This document shows, in pieces, positions 1 to 7,356 of a stretch of DNA of 40,492 bases (position 1 is its first letter; each line of letters opens with the position of its first letter). The DNA lies in the NCBI GenBank assembly GCA_900318215.1, contig ONJV01000023.1:1-40492 (forward strand). The letters run 5' to 3'. Source of the DNA: an uncultured Veillonellaceae bacterium (GTDB taxonomy: Bacteria; Bacillota; Negativicutes; Selenomonadales; Selenomonadaceae). The notes below the pieces were generated by a model, which did not search any database, was not told the DNA's origin, and saw only the letters and a program-made list of their open reading frames with translations. The translations under genes and the position numbers were made by a program.

Positions 1-97
1 TGGTTCCACCTGTTCCCATTCCGAACACAGTAGTTAAGCATCCAGAGGCCGAAAGTACTTGCCTGGTGACGGGCTGGGAGGATAGGAAGTTGCCGGT
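1..97 (+). rRNA. rrf: 5S rRNA (5' end outside window)
   Basis: Conserved 5S motifs CCACCTGTTCCCATTCCGAACACAGTAGTTAAGC and GGGAGGATAGGAAGTTGCCGG; followed directly by a tRNA cluster. Confidence 0.95.
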
Positions 98-102
98 TTC
101 AT

Positions 103-178
103 TCCCCGATAGCTCAGTCGGTAGAGCACCTGACTGTTAATCAGGCTGTCGCAGGTTCGAATCCTGCTCGGGGAGCCA
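103..178 (+). tRNA. tRNA-Asn(GTT)
   Basis: Acceptor TCCCCGA/TCGGGGA, anticodon arm CCTGA-CTGTTAA-TCAGG, GGTTCGAATCC, encoded CCA. Confidence 0.97.
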
Positions 179-225
179 AGAATATCAGGAGAGTTTGAAG
201 AGCTCTCTTTTACCCCTGGGGTGAT

Positions 226-302
226 TGGGGTATAGCCAAGTCGGTTAAGGCACGGGACTTTGACTCCCGCATTCGTTGGTTCGAGTCCAACTACCCCAGC
301 CA
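226..302 (+). tRNA. tRNA-Gln(TTG)
   Basis: Acceptor TGGGGTA/TACCCCA, anticodon arm CGGGA-CTTTGAC-TCCCG, CCA end. Confidence 0.96.
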
Positions 303-306
303 ATAT

Positions 307-382
307 GGTTCACTAGCTCAGTTGGCAGAGCACCTGACTTTTAATCAGGGTGTCCCGGGTTCGAATCCCGGGTGAGCCACCA
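307..382 (+). tRNA. tRNA-Lys(TTT)
   Basis: Anticodon arm CCTGA-CTTTTAA-TCAGG, T-arm GGTTCGAATCC, CCA end. Confidence 0.97.
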
Positions 383-397
383 TTTTTTCTTCTTCAT

Positions 398-473
<76 letters not shown>

Positions 474-480
474 TTTTTAT

Positions 481-557
481 GGCCCGGTAGTTTAGTTGGT
501 TAGAATGCCGCCCTGTCACGGCGGAGGTCATGGGTTCAAGTCCCATTCGGGTCGCCA
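481..557 (+). tRNA. tRNA-Asp(GTC)
   Basis: Anticodon arm CCGCC-CTGTCAC-GGCGG, CCA end. Confidence 0.97.
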
Positions 558-593
558 TTTTGTTTATTCTGACGAGTGTTGCTCGTCGTTATC

Positions 594-669
594 GCCTCGG
601 TAGCTCAGTCGGTAGAGCAGGGGACTGAAAATCCCCGTGTCAGTGGTTCGATTCCGCTCTGAGGCACCA
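594..669 (+). tRNA. tRNA-Phe(GAA)
   Basis: Anticodon arm GGGGA-CTGAAAA-TCCCC, CCA end. Confidence 0.97.
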
Positions 670-676
670 TTTTTAT

Positions 677-752
677 GCTGACATAGCTCAATTGGCAGAG
701 CAGCTGACTTGTAATCAGCAGGTTGGAGGTTCGATTCCTCTTGTCAGCTCCA
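677..752 (+). tRNA. tRNA-Thr(TGT)
   Basis: Anticodon arm GCTGA-CTTGTAA-TCAGC, CCA end. Confidence 0.97.
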
Positions 753-766
753 TTTTTCGGGATTTT

Positions 767-840
767 GCGGGTGTAGCTCAATGGTAGAGCCCCAGCCTTC
801 CAAGCTGGTCACGTGGGTTCGATTCCCATCACCCGCTCCA
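767..840 (+). tRNA. tRNA-Gly(TCC)
   Basis: Anticodon arm CCAGC-CTTCCAA-GCTGG, CCA end. Confidence 0.97.
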
Positions 841-850
841 ATTCGCAAAT

Positions 851-939
851 GCCGGGGTGGCGGAACTGGCAGACGCAACGGACTTAAAATCCGTCGGTAG
901 GAAACTACCGTACCGGTTCGATTCCGGTCCTCGGCACCA
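851..939 (+). tRNA. tRNA-Leu(TAA)
   Basis: Anticodon arm ACGGA-CTTAAAA-TCCGT, long variable arm, CCA end. Confidence 0.96.
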
Positions 940-941
940 CC

Positions 942-970
942 TTGCATGATACACCTTTTTATGGTATAAT
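942..970 (+). promoter_or_regulatory. sigma70-type promoter inside the tRNA cluster
   Basis: TTGCAT (942-947), 17-nt spacer, TG-extended TATAAT (965-970), 10 nt before tRNA-Leu(CAG). Confidence 0.8.
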
Positions 971-980
971 TCCCTTATTC

Positions 981-1067
981 GCGGTCGTGGCGAAATTGGC
1001 AGACGCGCTAGCTTCAGGCGCTAGTGATAGCAATATCATGGAGGTTCAAGTCCTCTCGACCGCACCA
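981..1067 (+). tRNA. tRNA-Leu(CAG)
   Basis: Anticodon arm CTAGC-TTCAGGC-GCTAG, variable arm TGATA-GCAA-TATCA, CCA end. Confidence 0.95.
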
Positions 1068-1097
1068 ATTTGATTTTTCCTTACAATTTGATATACC

Positions 1098-1184
1098 GCG
1101 GTCGTGGCGGAATTGGCAGACGCGCTACTTTGAGGGGGTAGTGAGCGAAAGCTCATATGGGTTCAAGTCCCATCGACCGCACCA
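1098..1184 (+). tRNA. tRNA-Leu(GAG) copy 1
   Basis: Anticodon arm CTACT-TTGAGGG-GGTAG, variable arm TGAGC-GAAA-GCTCA, CCA end. Confidence 0.95.
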
Positions 1185-1195
1185 TTTTTTCTCTC

Positions 1196-1282
1196 GCGGT
1201 TGTGGCGGAATTGGCAGACGCGCTACTTTGAGGGGGTAGTGAACGAAAGTTCATATGGGTTCAAGTCCCATCAACCGCACCA
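1196..1282 (+). tRNA. tRNA-Leu(GAG) copy 2
   Basis: Same anticodon arm as copy 1; variable arm TGAAC-GAAA-GTTCA; CCA end. Confidence 0.95.
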
Positions 1283-1293
1283 TTTGAATGTAC

Positions 1294-1322
1294 AGGCTCA
1301 GGAATTGTTCCTGAGCTTTTTT
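1294..1322 (+). terminator. Rho-independent terminator of the tRNA cluster
   Basis: GCTCAGGAA-TTG-TTCCTGAGC followed by TTTTTT. Confidence 0.85.
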
Positions 1323-1414
1323 CGTGTGCGCGGAACGCGGTGGGGGCTGCCTGCTGTCTCCGCCGCGTTCCCGAAGCAGCTGATAGTATCTAACGACCGT
1401 TTTTCAATTCGCAG

Positions 1415-1467
1415 TTGACTTTTGGAGGAATTCGTTTTATACTGCTAGATAGTTAGCTTACTAATGA
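1415..1467 (+). promoter_or_regulatory. marR promoter with a putative MarR operator
   Basis: TTGACT-17nt-TATACT (1415-1443); ATAGTTAGCTTACTAATGA (1449-1467) recurs in near-identical form at 2157-2175. Confidence 0.7.
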
Positions 1468-1494
1468 TTCTGATTGGAAAGAAGGAGCGATGCG

Positions 1495-2001
1495 ATGCGG
1501 CGGGAGAGCATGCCGACGTTGGCGGAGCTGGAGGCGCACAAGAAGGTTGTGCCGGAGATTGATCCGGCAGCGGTGGTTGCTATGCTGGAAATCCGGCAAG
1601 CGGGCGAGCAGGTCGCGGAACAGATTCTCGATGTGCTGCAAAGAGACTACCATCTGTCAGAAGGAAAGTTCTGCGTGCTGATTGTCTTGCACCAGCACCC
1701 GGAAGGCATCGCGCCATCGGAGCTTGCGGCGCATGTCGGCGTGGCGCGGGCGACGATCAGCACGATGCTGCAGCGTCTGGAGAAGGCTGGCGACGTCGAG
1801 CTTGAGGAAGACCCGCAGGATCGCCGCTCGAAGCGCGTGCGGCTGACGCAGAAAGGCCGCGCGTTCATGAATGAGGTGCTGCCACCGCATTATTTGCGTG
1901 TTACGAAGCTCATGGAGAAGTTGACGCGCAGCGAACAGGAAGAATTGATTCGGCTGCTGAGGAAGCTGGCGGGGGAATCAGCTCGCGAAGGTATGTCGTG
2001 A
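1495..2001 (+). CDS. MarR family transcriptional regulator
   Basis: Winged HTH (PSELAAHVGVARATISTMLQRLEKAG...DRRSKRVRLT); RBS AAGGAG before ATG at 1495. Confidence 0.9.
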   Translation: MRRESMPTLAELEAHKKVVPEIDPAAVVAMLEIRQAGEQVAEQILDVLQRDYHLSEGKFCVLIVLHQHPEGIAPSELAAHVGVARATISTMLQRLEKAGDVELEEDPQDRRSKRVRLTQKGRAFMNEVLPPHYLRVTKLMEKLTRSEQEELIRLLRKLAGESAREGMS

Positions 2002-2038
2002 ATGGTGCAAGTGATGGTGTCGCGGAAGGAAATACGTG

Positions 2039-2130
2039 CCCGGCAGCGCGGGGACATCGAACAGAATCCGGACCATTCCCTTCGGTCATTCAAACGGATT
2101 CTTTATCGATGCCCCCGCGCCGCTCGAAGG
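2039..2130. repeat. Intergenic long-hairpin element, copy 1
   Basis: 36-nt core (2065-2100) matches 4544-4579 with one mismatch; flanking arms form a long stem. Confidence 0.8.
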
Positions 2131-2156
2131 AAGAAAACAAATTTCTTTATACATAT

Positions 2157-2175
2157 ATAGTTAGCATACGAATTA
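2157..2175. promoter_or_regulatory. Second putative MarR operator
   Basis: ATAGTTAGCATACGAATTA, 16/19 identical to 1449-1467, just upstream of the HlyD RBS. Confidence 0.6.
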
Positions 2176-2193
2176 CAAGGAAGGAAGATTTTC

Positions 2194-3291
2194 ATGAATG
2201 CAAGGCAGAAAGCGGAGCGGACGGGGCTGTTGTTTCTCGCGCTGCTCCTGATTGGCGGGGCGGTGCTGATGTATCGCGGCAATGATGCGGTGGCACTCGG
2301 CGCTGCAGAGAAGGAGGGCATCCTGACGGCGGAGCAGGTGAAGATGGCGTTTCATTCCGTCAGCGGCCGGCTCGTGCAGGTGCATGTGACGGAGGGCGAC
2401 ACGGTGAAGAAGGGCGACGTGGTCATGGAGCTTGATGCGAAGGACACGGAGCTTTCCATCAAGAAGACGAAGGCGCAGATTGCGCAGCTCGATGCGCAGA
2501 TTGCTTCGACGTCAGGTTCGCAGGCGGTCAACTATCTGAAGGCAGACAATGACGAGACGCAGTCGTTCCGCCAGATTGACCAGCAGCGCGCGGCGGTTTC
2601 GAGCGCGCAGGCGACGCTCAAGAATGCGCAGCTCGATTATGACCGCAAGACGTCGCTCGTGGAGGCGGGCGCGATTGCGCAGTCGCAGCTCGACGATGCG
2701 ACGATGACGCTCAATGTGGCGCAGGCGGCCGTGGAGCAGCAGCAGCAGCTCCTCGACAAACTGCTCGCAGGCGCGCAGGATACGGGCGCGACGGACGGCA
2801 TCGCGCTGCCGACGATTGCGCAGGAACGCGCGAGTGCGGCGAACATGAGCAATGATGTGTCGGCGCTCGAAAGCCAGCGGCAGGCGCTCGTCGTGCAGCT
2901 CGAAGAGCTTGAGACGCAGAAGGAACGTCTGACGCTGCGCGCGCCGGAGGATGGAAAGGTTTTGAAAGTCCTTTCGAAAGAAGGCGAGATGGTGCAGGCG
3001 GGCACGCCGGTCGTGCTGCTCGAAAGCAACCGCAGCTATTATGATGTCTATCTTTCGGAAGAGCAAGCCGCAGGACTCCATGAAGGCGACGAGGTCACAG
3101 GCGTGACGGTCGCAGGCAAGAAGGAGGTCAAGGGCACGGTGCAGCTCTTAACGCAGGCGCCGGGCTTTGCGGACCTCAAGCAGTCGCGTGAGAAAGGGCA
3201 GGCCGATCTCTCGGCGTTCCAGGTGCGCATCTACATCGAGCCGACGGAAGGGGTCGTGCCGGGCATGACCATTGGAGTGAAGGAATTGTGA
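2194..3291 (+). CDS. HlyD/YbhG-like membrane fusion (periplasmic adaptor) protein
   Basis: N-terminal TM helix, lipoyl half-motifs (VSGRLVQVHVTEGDTVKKGD; LRAPEDGKVLKV...GEMVQAGTPVV), coiled-coil middle, C-terminal VPGMT. Confidence 0.88.
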   Translation: MNARQKAERTGLLFLALLLIGGAVLMYRGNDAVALGAAEKEGILTAEQVKMAFHSVSGRLVQVHVTEGDTVKKGDVVMELDAKDTELSIKKTKAQIAQLDAQIASTSGSQAVNYLKADNDETQSFRQIDQQRAAVSSAQATLKNAQLDYDRKTSLVEAGAIAQSQLDDATMTLNVAQAAVEQQQQLLDKLLAGAQDTGATDGIALPTIAQERASAANMSNDVSALESQRQALVVQLEELETQKERLTLRAPEDGKVLKVLSKEGEMVQAGTPVVLLESNRSYYDVYLSEEQAAGLHEGDEVTGVTVAGKKEVKGTVQLLTQAPGFADLKQSREKGQADLSAFQVRIYIEPTEGVVPGMTIGVKEL

Positions 3292-4478
3292 ACGGTTTTA
3301 TAGAAGCCTTCAAGGGCGAGATCAAATTCCTGTTTTCCGGCCGGGGCATGCCGTATGAAAAGGTCTGCCTGCTCGTCGCGATGGTGGTGACGGTGATTCT
3401 TTCCGTGCTGCTGTCGGGCAATTTCGCGAAGGATGCGAAGGTCGTGATCATCGACCTCGACAACAGCGCGTATACGCGGGAGCTCACGACGCGCATCGAT
3501 GCGTCGGAGTACATGCAGGTGACGGCGGTGCTGAATACGCCGGTCGATCCGAAGACGCTGTTCTATGAAGACAAGGCCGTGGCCGTCGTGTATTTCCCGC
3601 GCGACCTCGAAAAGAACCGTTTCACGGGCTCGGCGTCGAATATCGGCGTGTACTACGACAACACGAACACGGCGCAGACGGCGAACATCAAGGAAGCGCT
3701 CAATGAACTCTTAGCGCTCGACAATGCGGCGGCGTCGGGCGATGTGGGCTCGACGAATGACAGCGTCGCGGGGCAGGTGCAGCTCGCCGACCGCAAGCTG
3801 TTCAATCCGCAGGAATCGACGAGCAACACGGAGACGCTGGGCTTCCTGTTCTTCTTCGGGTCGATGTTCTTTACGTTCGCGACCATCGGCATGGGGCCGC
3901 GGCTGCGTCTGACGCATGAGATGGACCGGATGATGGAGCGCGGGACGCCGTGGGAGCTCGTGGCGCGCATCGTGCCGTATGCGGGCTGCCTCATCGTGTC
4001 GTTCGTCGTGGGCATGGCGGTGCTGCGCGTCTGGGGCGACCTGAATTTTTCGGGGAGCCTCGTGACGTTCCTGTTCACGCAGCTTTTCTACGTGATGACA
4101 GTCGGCATGCTGAGCGTGACGTTCGGCTGGACGGCGGCAAACCCTGGCATCGCGTCGAGCCGCATGATCCTCTTCATCCCGGGCGGCTTCATTCTCGGCG
4201 GCATGACGGGGCCGGTGACGTATTATTCGGACTGGGTCGTGCACTTCTCGCATGTGTTTCCGCTGACGTGGGAGTTCCATTTCCAGCGCGACATCATCGC
4301 GCGCGGCGCGGGGCTCAGCGACATCTCGGCGCTGTTCGGTGCGTTCCTCGTGTATATGGCGGGGGCCGGGATGCTGCTGTGCTGGAGGTTCTATAGCGAG
4401 CGGAAGAAGTATTATGCGATGAAACGGAAAGAGGCGCGGGCGCGCGTGAAAATGCAGGAGCTGGCGAAGGAGATTTGA
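3288..4478 (+). CDS. ABC-2 type transporter permease (YbhR/YbhS-like)
   Basis: One TM, then an extracellular loop (VVIIDLDNS...RKLFNP), then five TM helices with ILGGMTGP and FPLTW; GTG start overlaps the upstream TGA. Confidence 0.85.
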   Translation: MNGFIEAFKGEIKFLFSGRGMPYEKVCLLVAMVVTVILSVLLSGNFAKDAKVVIIDLDNSAYTRELTTRIDASEYMQVTAVLNTPVDPKTLFYEDKAVAVVYFPRDLEKNRFTGSASNIGVYYDNTNTAQTANIKEALNELLALDNAAASGDVGSTNDSVAGQVQLADRKLFNPQESTSNTETLGFLFFFGSMFFTFATIGMGPRLRLTHEMDRMMERGTPWELVARIVPYAGCLIVSFVVGMAVLRVWGDLNFSGSLVTFLFTQLFYVMTVGMLSVTFGWTAANPGIASSRMILFIPGGFILGGMTGPVTYYSDWVVHFSHVFPLTWEFHFQRDIIARGAGLSDISALFGAFLVYMAGAGMLLCWRFYSERKKYYAMKRKEARARVKMQELAKEI

Positions 4479-4517
4479 GCTCGCGGAGGTGGTGCGTGGT
4501 CGCGGAGATACGGAGTA

Positions 4518-4608
4518 CCCGGCGGCAAGGGGGCTTCCAACGAAATCCGGACCATTCCCTGCGGTCATTCAAACGGATTTCTTATGAAAGCCCCCTTGCC
4601 GCTCGAAG
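4518..4608. repeat. Intergenic long-hairpin element, copy 2
   Basis: GCGGCAAGGGGGCTT/AAGCCCCCTTGCCGC perfect 15-bp stem around the same core as copy 1. Confidence 0.8.
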
Positions 4609-4715
4609 TGGGACTGCTGGATCGCGAAGCATAGCCTGTCGGCGCGTGCGGAGGCGCTTCGCTGTCCGCGGTGATGAGGGCATCTTTCACGTGAAAGAAG
4701 GATGGAGGATTTTTG

Positions 4716-5267
4716 ATGAGGGACGGAGAATCAGGAAAGTCACCAGAAACGATTATTGCAGAAATCAAGAAGCGGAATCCGCAGGAGATTCACTGCGACC
4801 GGATCCTCGTGCCGACGGATGGGTCGGGGCAGGCGTTCCGTGCTGTGGGGCAGGCAATTCATCTCGCAGCCGTGACGGGGGCGGAGCTGACGCTCCTGAT
4901 GGCCGTGGACTACAACAAGGAAGTCGCCGCGTTCGAACAGGTGAGCCTCGGCGGGTATGTGCCGGCGGAGCTGCAGGTCGCGGCGTACAAGTTCCTCGCC
5001 GACCTCATGCATGTCATCCCGCCGGAAATCCGCGCGCACACGCGCGTGGAGGTCGGCGATGCGCGCGACATCATCGTGGACGTGGCAACGGAGGAGGAGA
5101 GCGACCTCATCGTCATGGGTTCGCGCGGCCTCGGCACGCTCGGCGGCATCCTGACGGGCAGCGTGTCGAGCTACGTCCTCGCGCATGCGCCGTGCCCCGT
5201 GTTGCTCTGCAAGGGCATGCCGGACGACTGGGACGATGACGAGAACTATCTGCCGACGGACGATTGA
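4716..5267 (+). CDS. Universal stress protein (UspA family)
   Basis: RILVPTDGS; DLIVMGSRGLG...GSVSSYVLAHAPCPVL. Confidence 0.92.
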   Translation: MRDGESGKSPETIIAEIKKRNPQEIHCDRILVPTDGSGQAFRAVGQAIHLAAVTGAELTLLMAVDYNKEVAAFEQVSLGGYVPAELQVAAYKFLADLMHVIPPEIRAHTRVEVGDARDIIVDVATEEESDLIVMGSRGLGTLGGILTGSVSSYVLAHAPCPVLLCKGMPDDWDDDENYLPTDD

Positions 5268-5399
5268 AATTGAAAAAATGGGCGTTGCAAAGGGTGCAGC
5301 GCCTTTTTTGATGGAAGGCAGAGATTTGCCGTTTGCCGATAAATTTTCATGCAGCCCTGCTATGATAGAGCGGAAATCAGAGTGCAGGAGGAACGTCTT

Positions 5400-7262
5400 T
5401 TGCTGAAATCTTGGAAAAGGAAATTGGCGCGCGCTGCAGCTTCAGCGGTTTTTGCGGGCGCGGCCATCGTCGCGGCGCCGCTGCCTGCCGAGGCTTCGAG
5501 CGGGACGGGCTGGGGCATCGCGGCTTCGGCGCTTTCGGGGTTCATCGCGTACAAGTCGGGGCTTTCGATGATGCTCGACATCGGGAACAATGCGCACTAC
5601 CAGCAGCAGAGCCTCTGGCAGGACAAGAAGGCGAACGGCACGGACGGCAACGCGCGCGACGTGGCGATTGTGGATGGCGTCATGACGCGGCTGACGCAGC
5701 CGGATGTCTTCGTGCTGCCTGCGGACGCGCTGCCGTTTTCGTGGCATGTGAATGACAGCGCGCTCTTCAATGCGGCGTGCTATCCGACGGACTACATCTC
5801 GGTGAACCGCGGTCTCGTGCGCATCCTCGGCCACGAAGCGGAGATTGCAGCCGTGCTCGGGCATGAGATGACGCATGGCATCGAGCACCACAGCGCCGAG
5901 GTCTACGCGAAGACGATGGCGGCGTACTACGGCCTGTCGCTCCTCAACATGGCGACGGGCGTCATGGACTGGCAGCAGCTCCAGAAGCTCACGGCCTATT
6001 CGTCGGCAAAGCTCTTCACGTTGCCGACGGAGTACGCGGCTGACGCGGGGGGCTTTTCGCTCGCGGCGCGGGCGGGATTCAATCCGGGCGGCGGCGCGGC
6101 AGCGATGGCGCGCATGACGGCGTACCTCAAGGACGAGTCGCGCGATTTTCGCGAGTATCAGGATCCGAAGGAAAAGACAGACGTCAACTACAACGACCAT
6201 CCCGATACGGAGCTCCGCGAGGCGCGGCTCATGAAGATGCTGACGGACTACAGTGCGGGCCATGTGACGGTTGCGGATCGCAAGGACGTCTGCATCGACG
6301 GCACGCGGCTGCTCTCGGGCGCGTTCACGGCCGAGACGTATGACGATACGGCGGAAAATGCATATCTGCTCGCGGGCGAGCTCGGGCGGCTGTTCCACGA
6401 CTGCCGCACGGCGGAGGCCTGGGGGCTCGGCGCGGCGGGCGACTGGGAAAACGCGAAGGCGCCGCTGCTCGCGGCGGCCGTGCGCCAGCAGGGGCTCAAA
6501 GACACGCTGCGCACGCTTGTGACGGCGGCCTATGCGGGCGAAGAAAAATCGGGCGCGCGCAAGAAGCTCGACGCCGCTGAGGCGAAGGAACGGCAGGCGC
6601 TCGCGAAAGCCTATGACGCCGTGCTCGCGGCGAACGCGAAGCAGGCGAAGCGCATGCGCATGAACAGCGACATCTACAGCGACCTCGGCGACAGCCGCAA
6701 GGCGCTCGCCATGATCGACCGCGCGCTGGCGGCGAAAGGGCTCGACGACCATGCCGAAAGCCTCGGCATCCGCGGCCGCGCGCTCGCGGTCGCGGGCGAT
6801 TTCGACGGCGCTCTCTCGGCAGCTGATGCAGCCTGCACGGAGGATCCGAAGAACGTCTACAACTTTCTCAATCGCGCTGACATCTACTGGATGAAAGGCG
6901 ACCTCGCGGCCGCGATTGCCGATGCCGCGCAGGCCGTCGCAGCCGACGAGAAGAACGCCGACGGCTACCTCATGCGCGCCATCCTGACGGACGAGGCCGG
7001 TGATTGCGACGGAGCGCTGGCGGATTATCAGAAAGTTCACGAGCTCGCGCCGGCGTTTGAACGCATCCCGGACGAGTATCTGAAGGATATCGACGCGAAA
7101 GCCTACGATGCCCGCGTGAAGAAGCGCGAGGAAGCGGCGAAGGCAGCCGCTGAGGAAAAGAAGAAGGCGGCCGCGGCGAGGAAAACGGACGAGCAGCAGC
7201 AGCAGCCGTCAACAGAAAAGCCACAGAAGGAACAGAAAACAACAGAGAAGAACGAAAAATGA
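5400..7262 (+). CDS. Secreted M48-family zinc metallopeptidase with C-terminal TPR repeats
   Basis: Signal peptide; FNAAC; EIAAVLGHEMTH (HExxH); EYAAD; DHP; TPR-like helices; TTG start chosen from RBS AGGAGG (start uncertain). Confidence 0.82.
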   Translation: MLKSWKRKLARAAASAVFAGAAIVAAPLPAEASSGTGWGIAASALSGFIAYKSGLSMMLDIGNNAHYQQQSLWQDKKANGTDGNARDVAIVDGVMTRLTQPDVFVLPADALPFSWHVNDSALFNAACYPTDYISVNRGLVRILGHEAEIAAVLGHEMTHGIEHHSAEVYAKTMAAYYGLSLLNMATGVMDWQQLQKLTAYSSAKLFTLPTEYAADAGGFSLAARAGFNPGGGAAAMARMTAYLKDESRDFREYQDPKEKTDVNYNDHPDTELREARLMKMLTDYSAGHVTVADRKDVCIDGTRLLSGAFTAETYDDTAENAYLLAGELGRLFHDCRTAEAWGLGAAGDWENAKAPLLAAAVRQQGLKDTLRTLVTAAYAGEEKSGARKKLDAAEAKERQALAKAYDAVLAANAKQAKRMRMNSDIYSDLGDSRKALAMIDRALAAKGLDDHAESLGIRGRALAVAGDFDGALSAADAACTEDPKNVYNFLNRADIYWMKGDLAAAIADAAQAVAADEKNADGYLMRAILTDEAGDCDGALADYQKVHELAPAFERIPDEYLKDIDAKAYDARVKKREEAAKAAAEEKKKAAAARKTDEQQQQPSTEKPQKEQKTTEKNEK

Positions 7263-7356
7263 AAGCAATCGCAGGTTCTCTAAAGACGTGCGGCGCTGAA
7301 CGTGTTATAATGAGAGGACGGAGAAAGAAAAGGATTTAGGTTCGAAGTCTGAATGG

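Noticed and set aside
981-1067. TCA inside the anticodon loop suggesting tRNA-Sec
   Set aside because: The 5-bp stem centres the loop TT-CAG-GC on CAG; the 7-bp acceptor stem, A73 and D-arm are Leu-type
981-1282. Three similar repeats at about 100-nt spacing resembling an array
   Set aside because: They are three tRNA-Leu genes, not CRISPR repeats
1332-1371. GC-rich hairpin GGAACGCGGTGGGGG/CTCCGCCGCGTTCC after the tRNA terminator
   Set aside because: Single copy, no U tract and no similarity to other elements here, so no function can be supported
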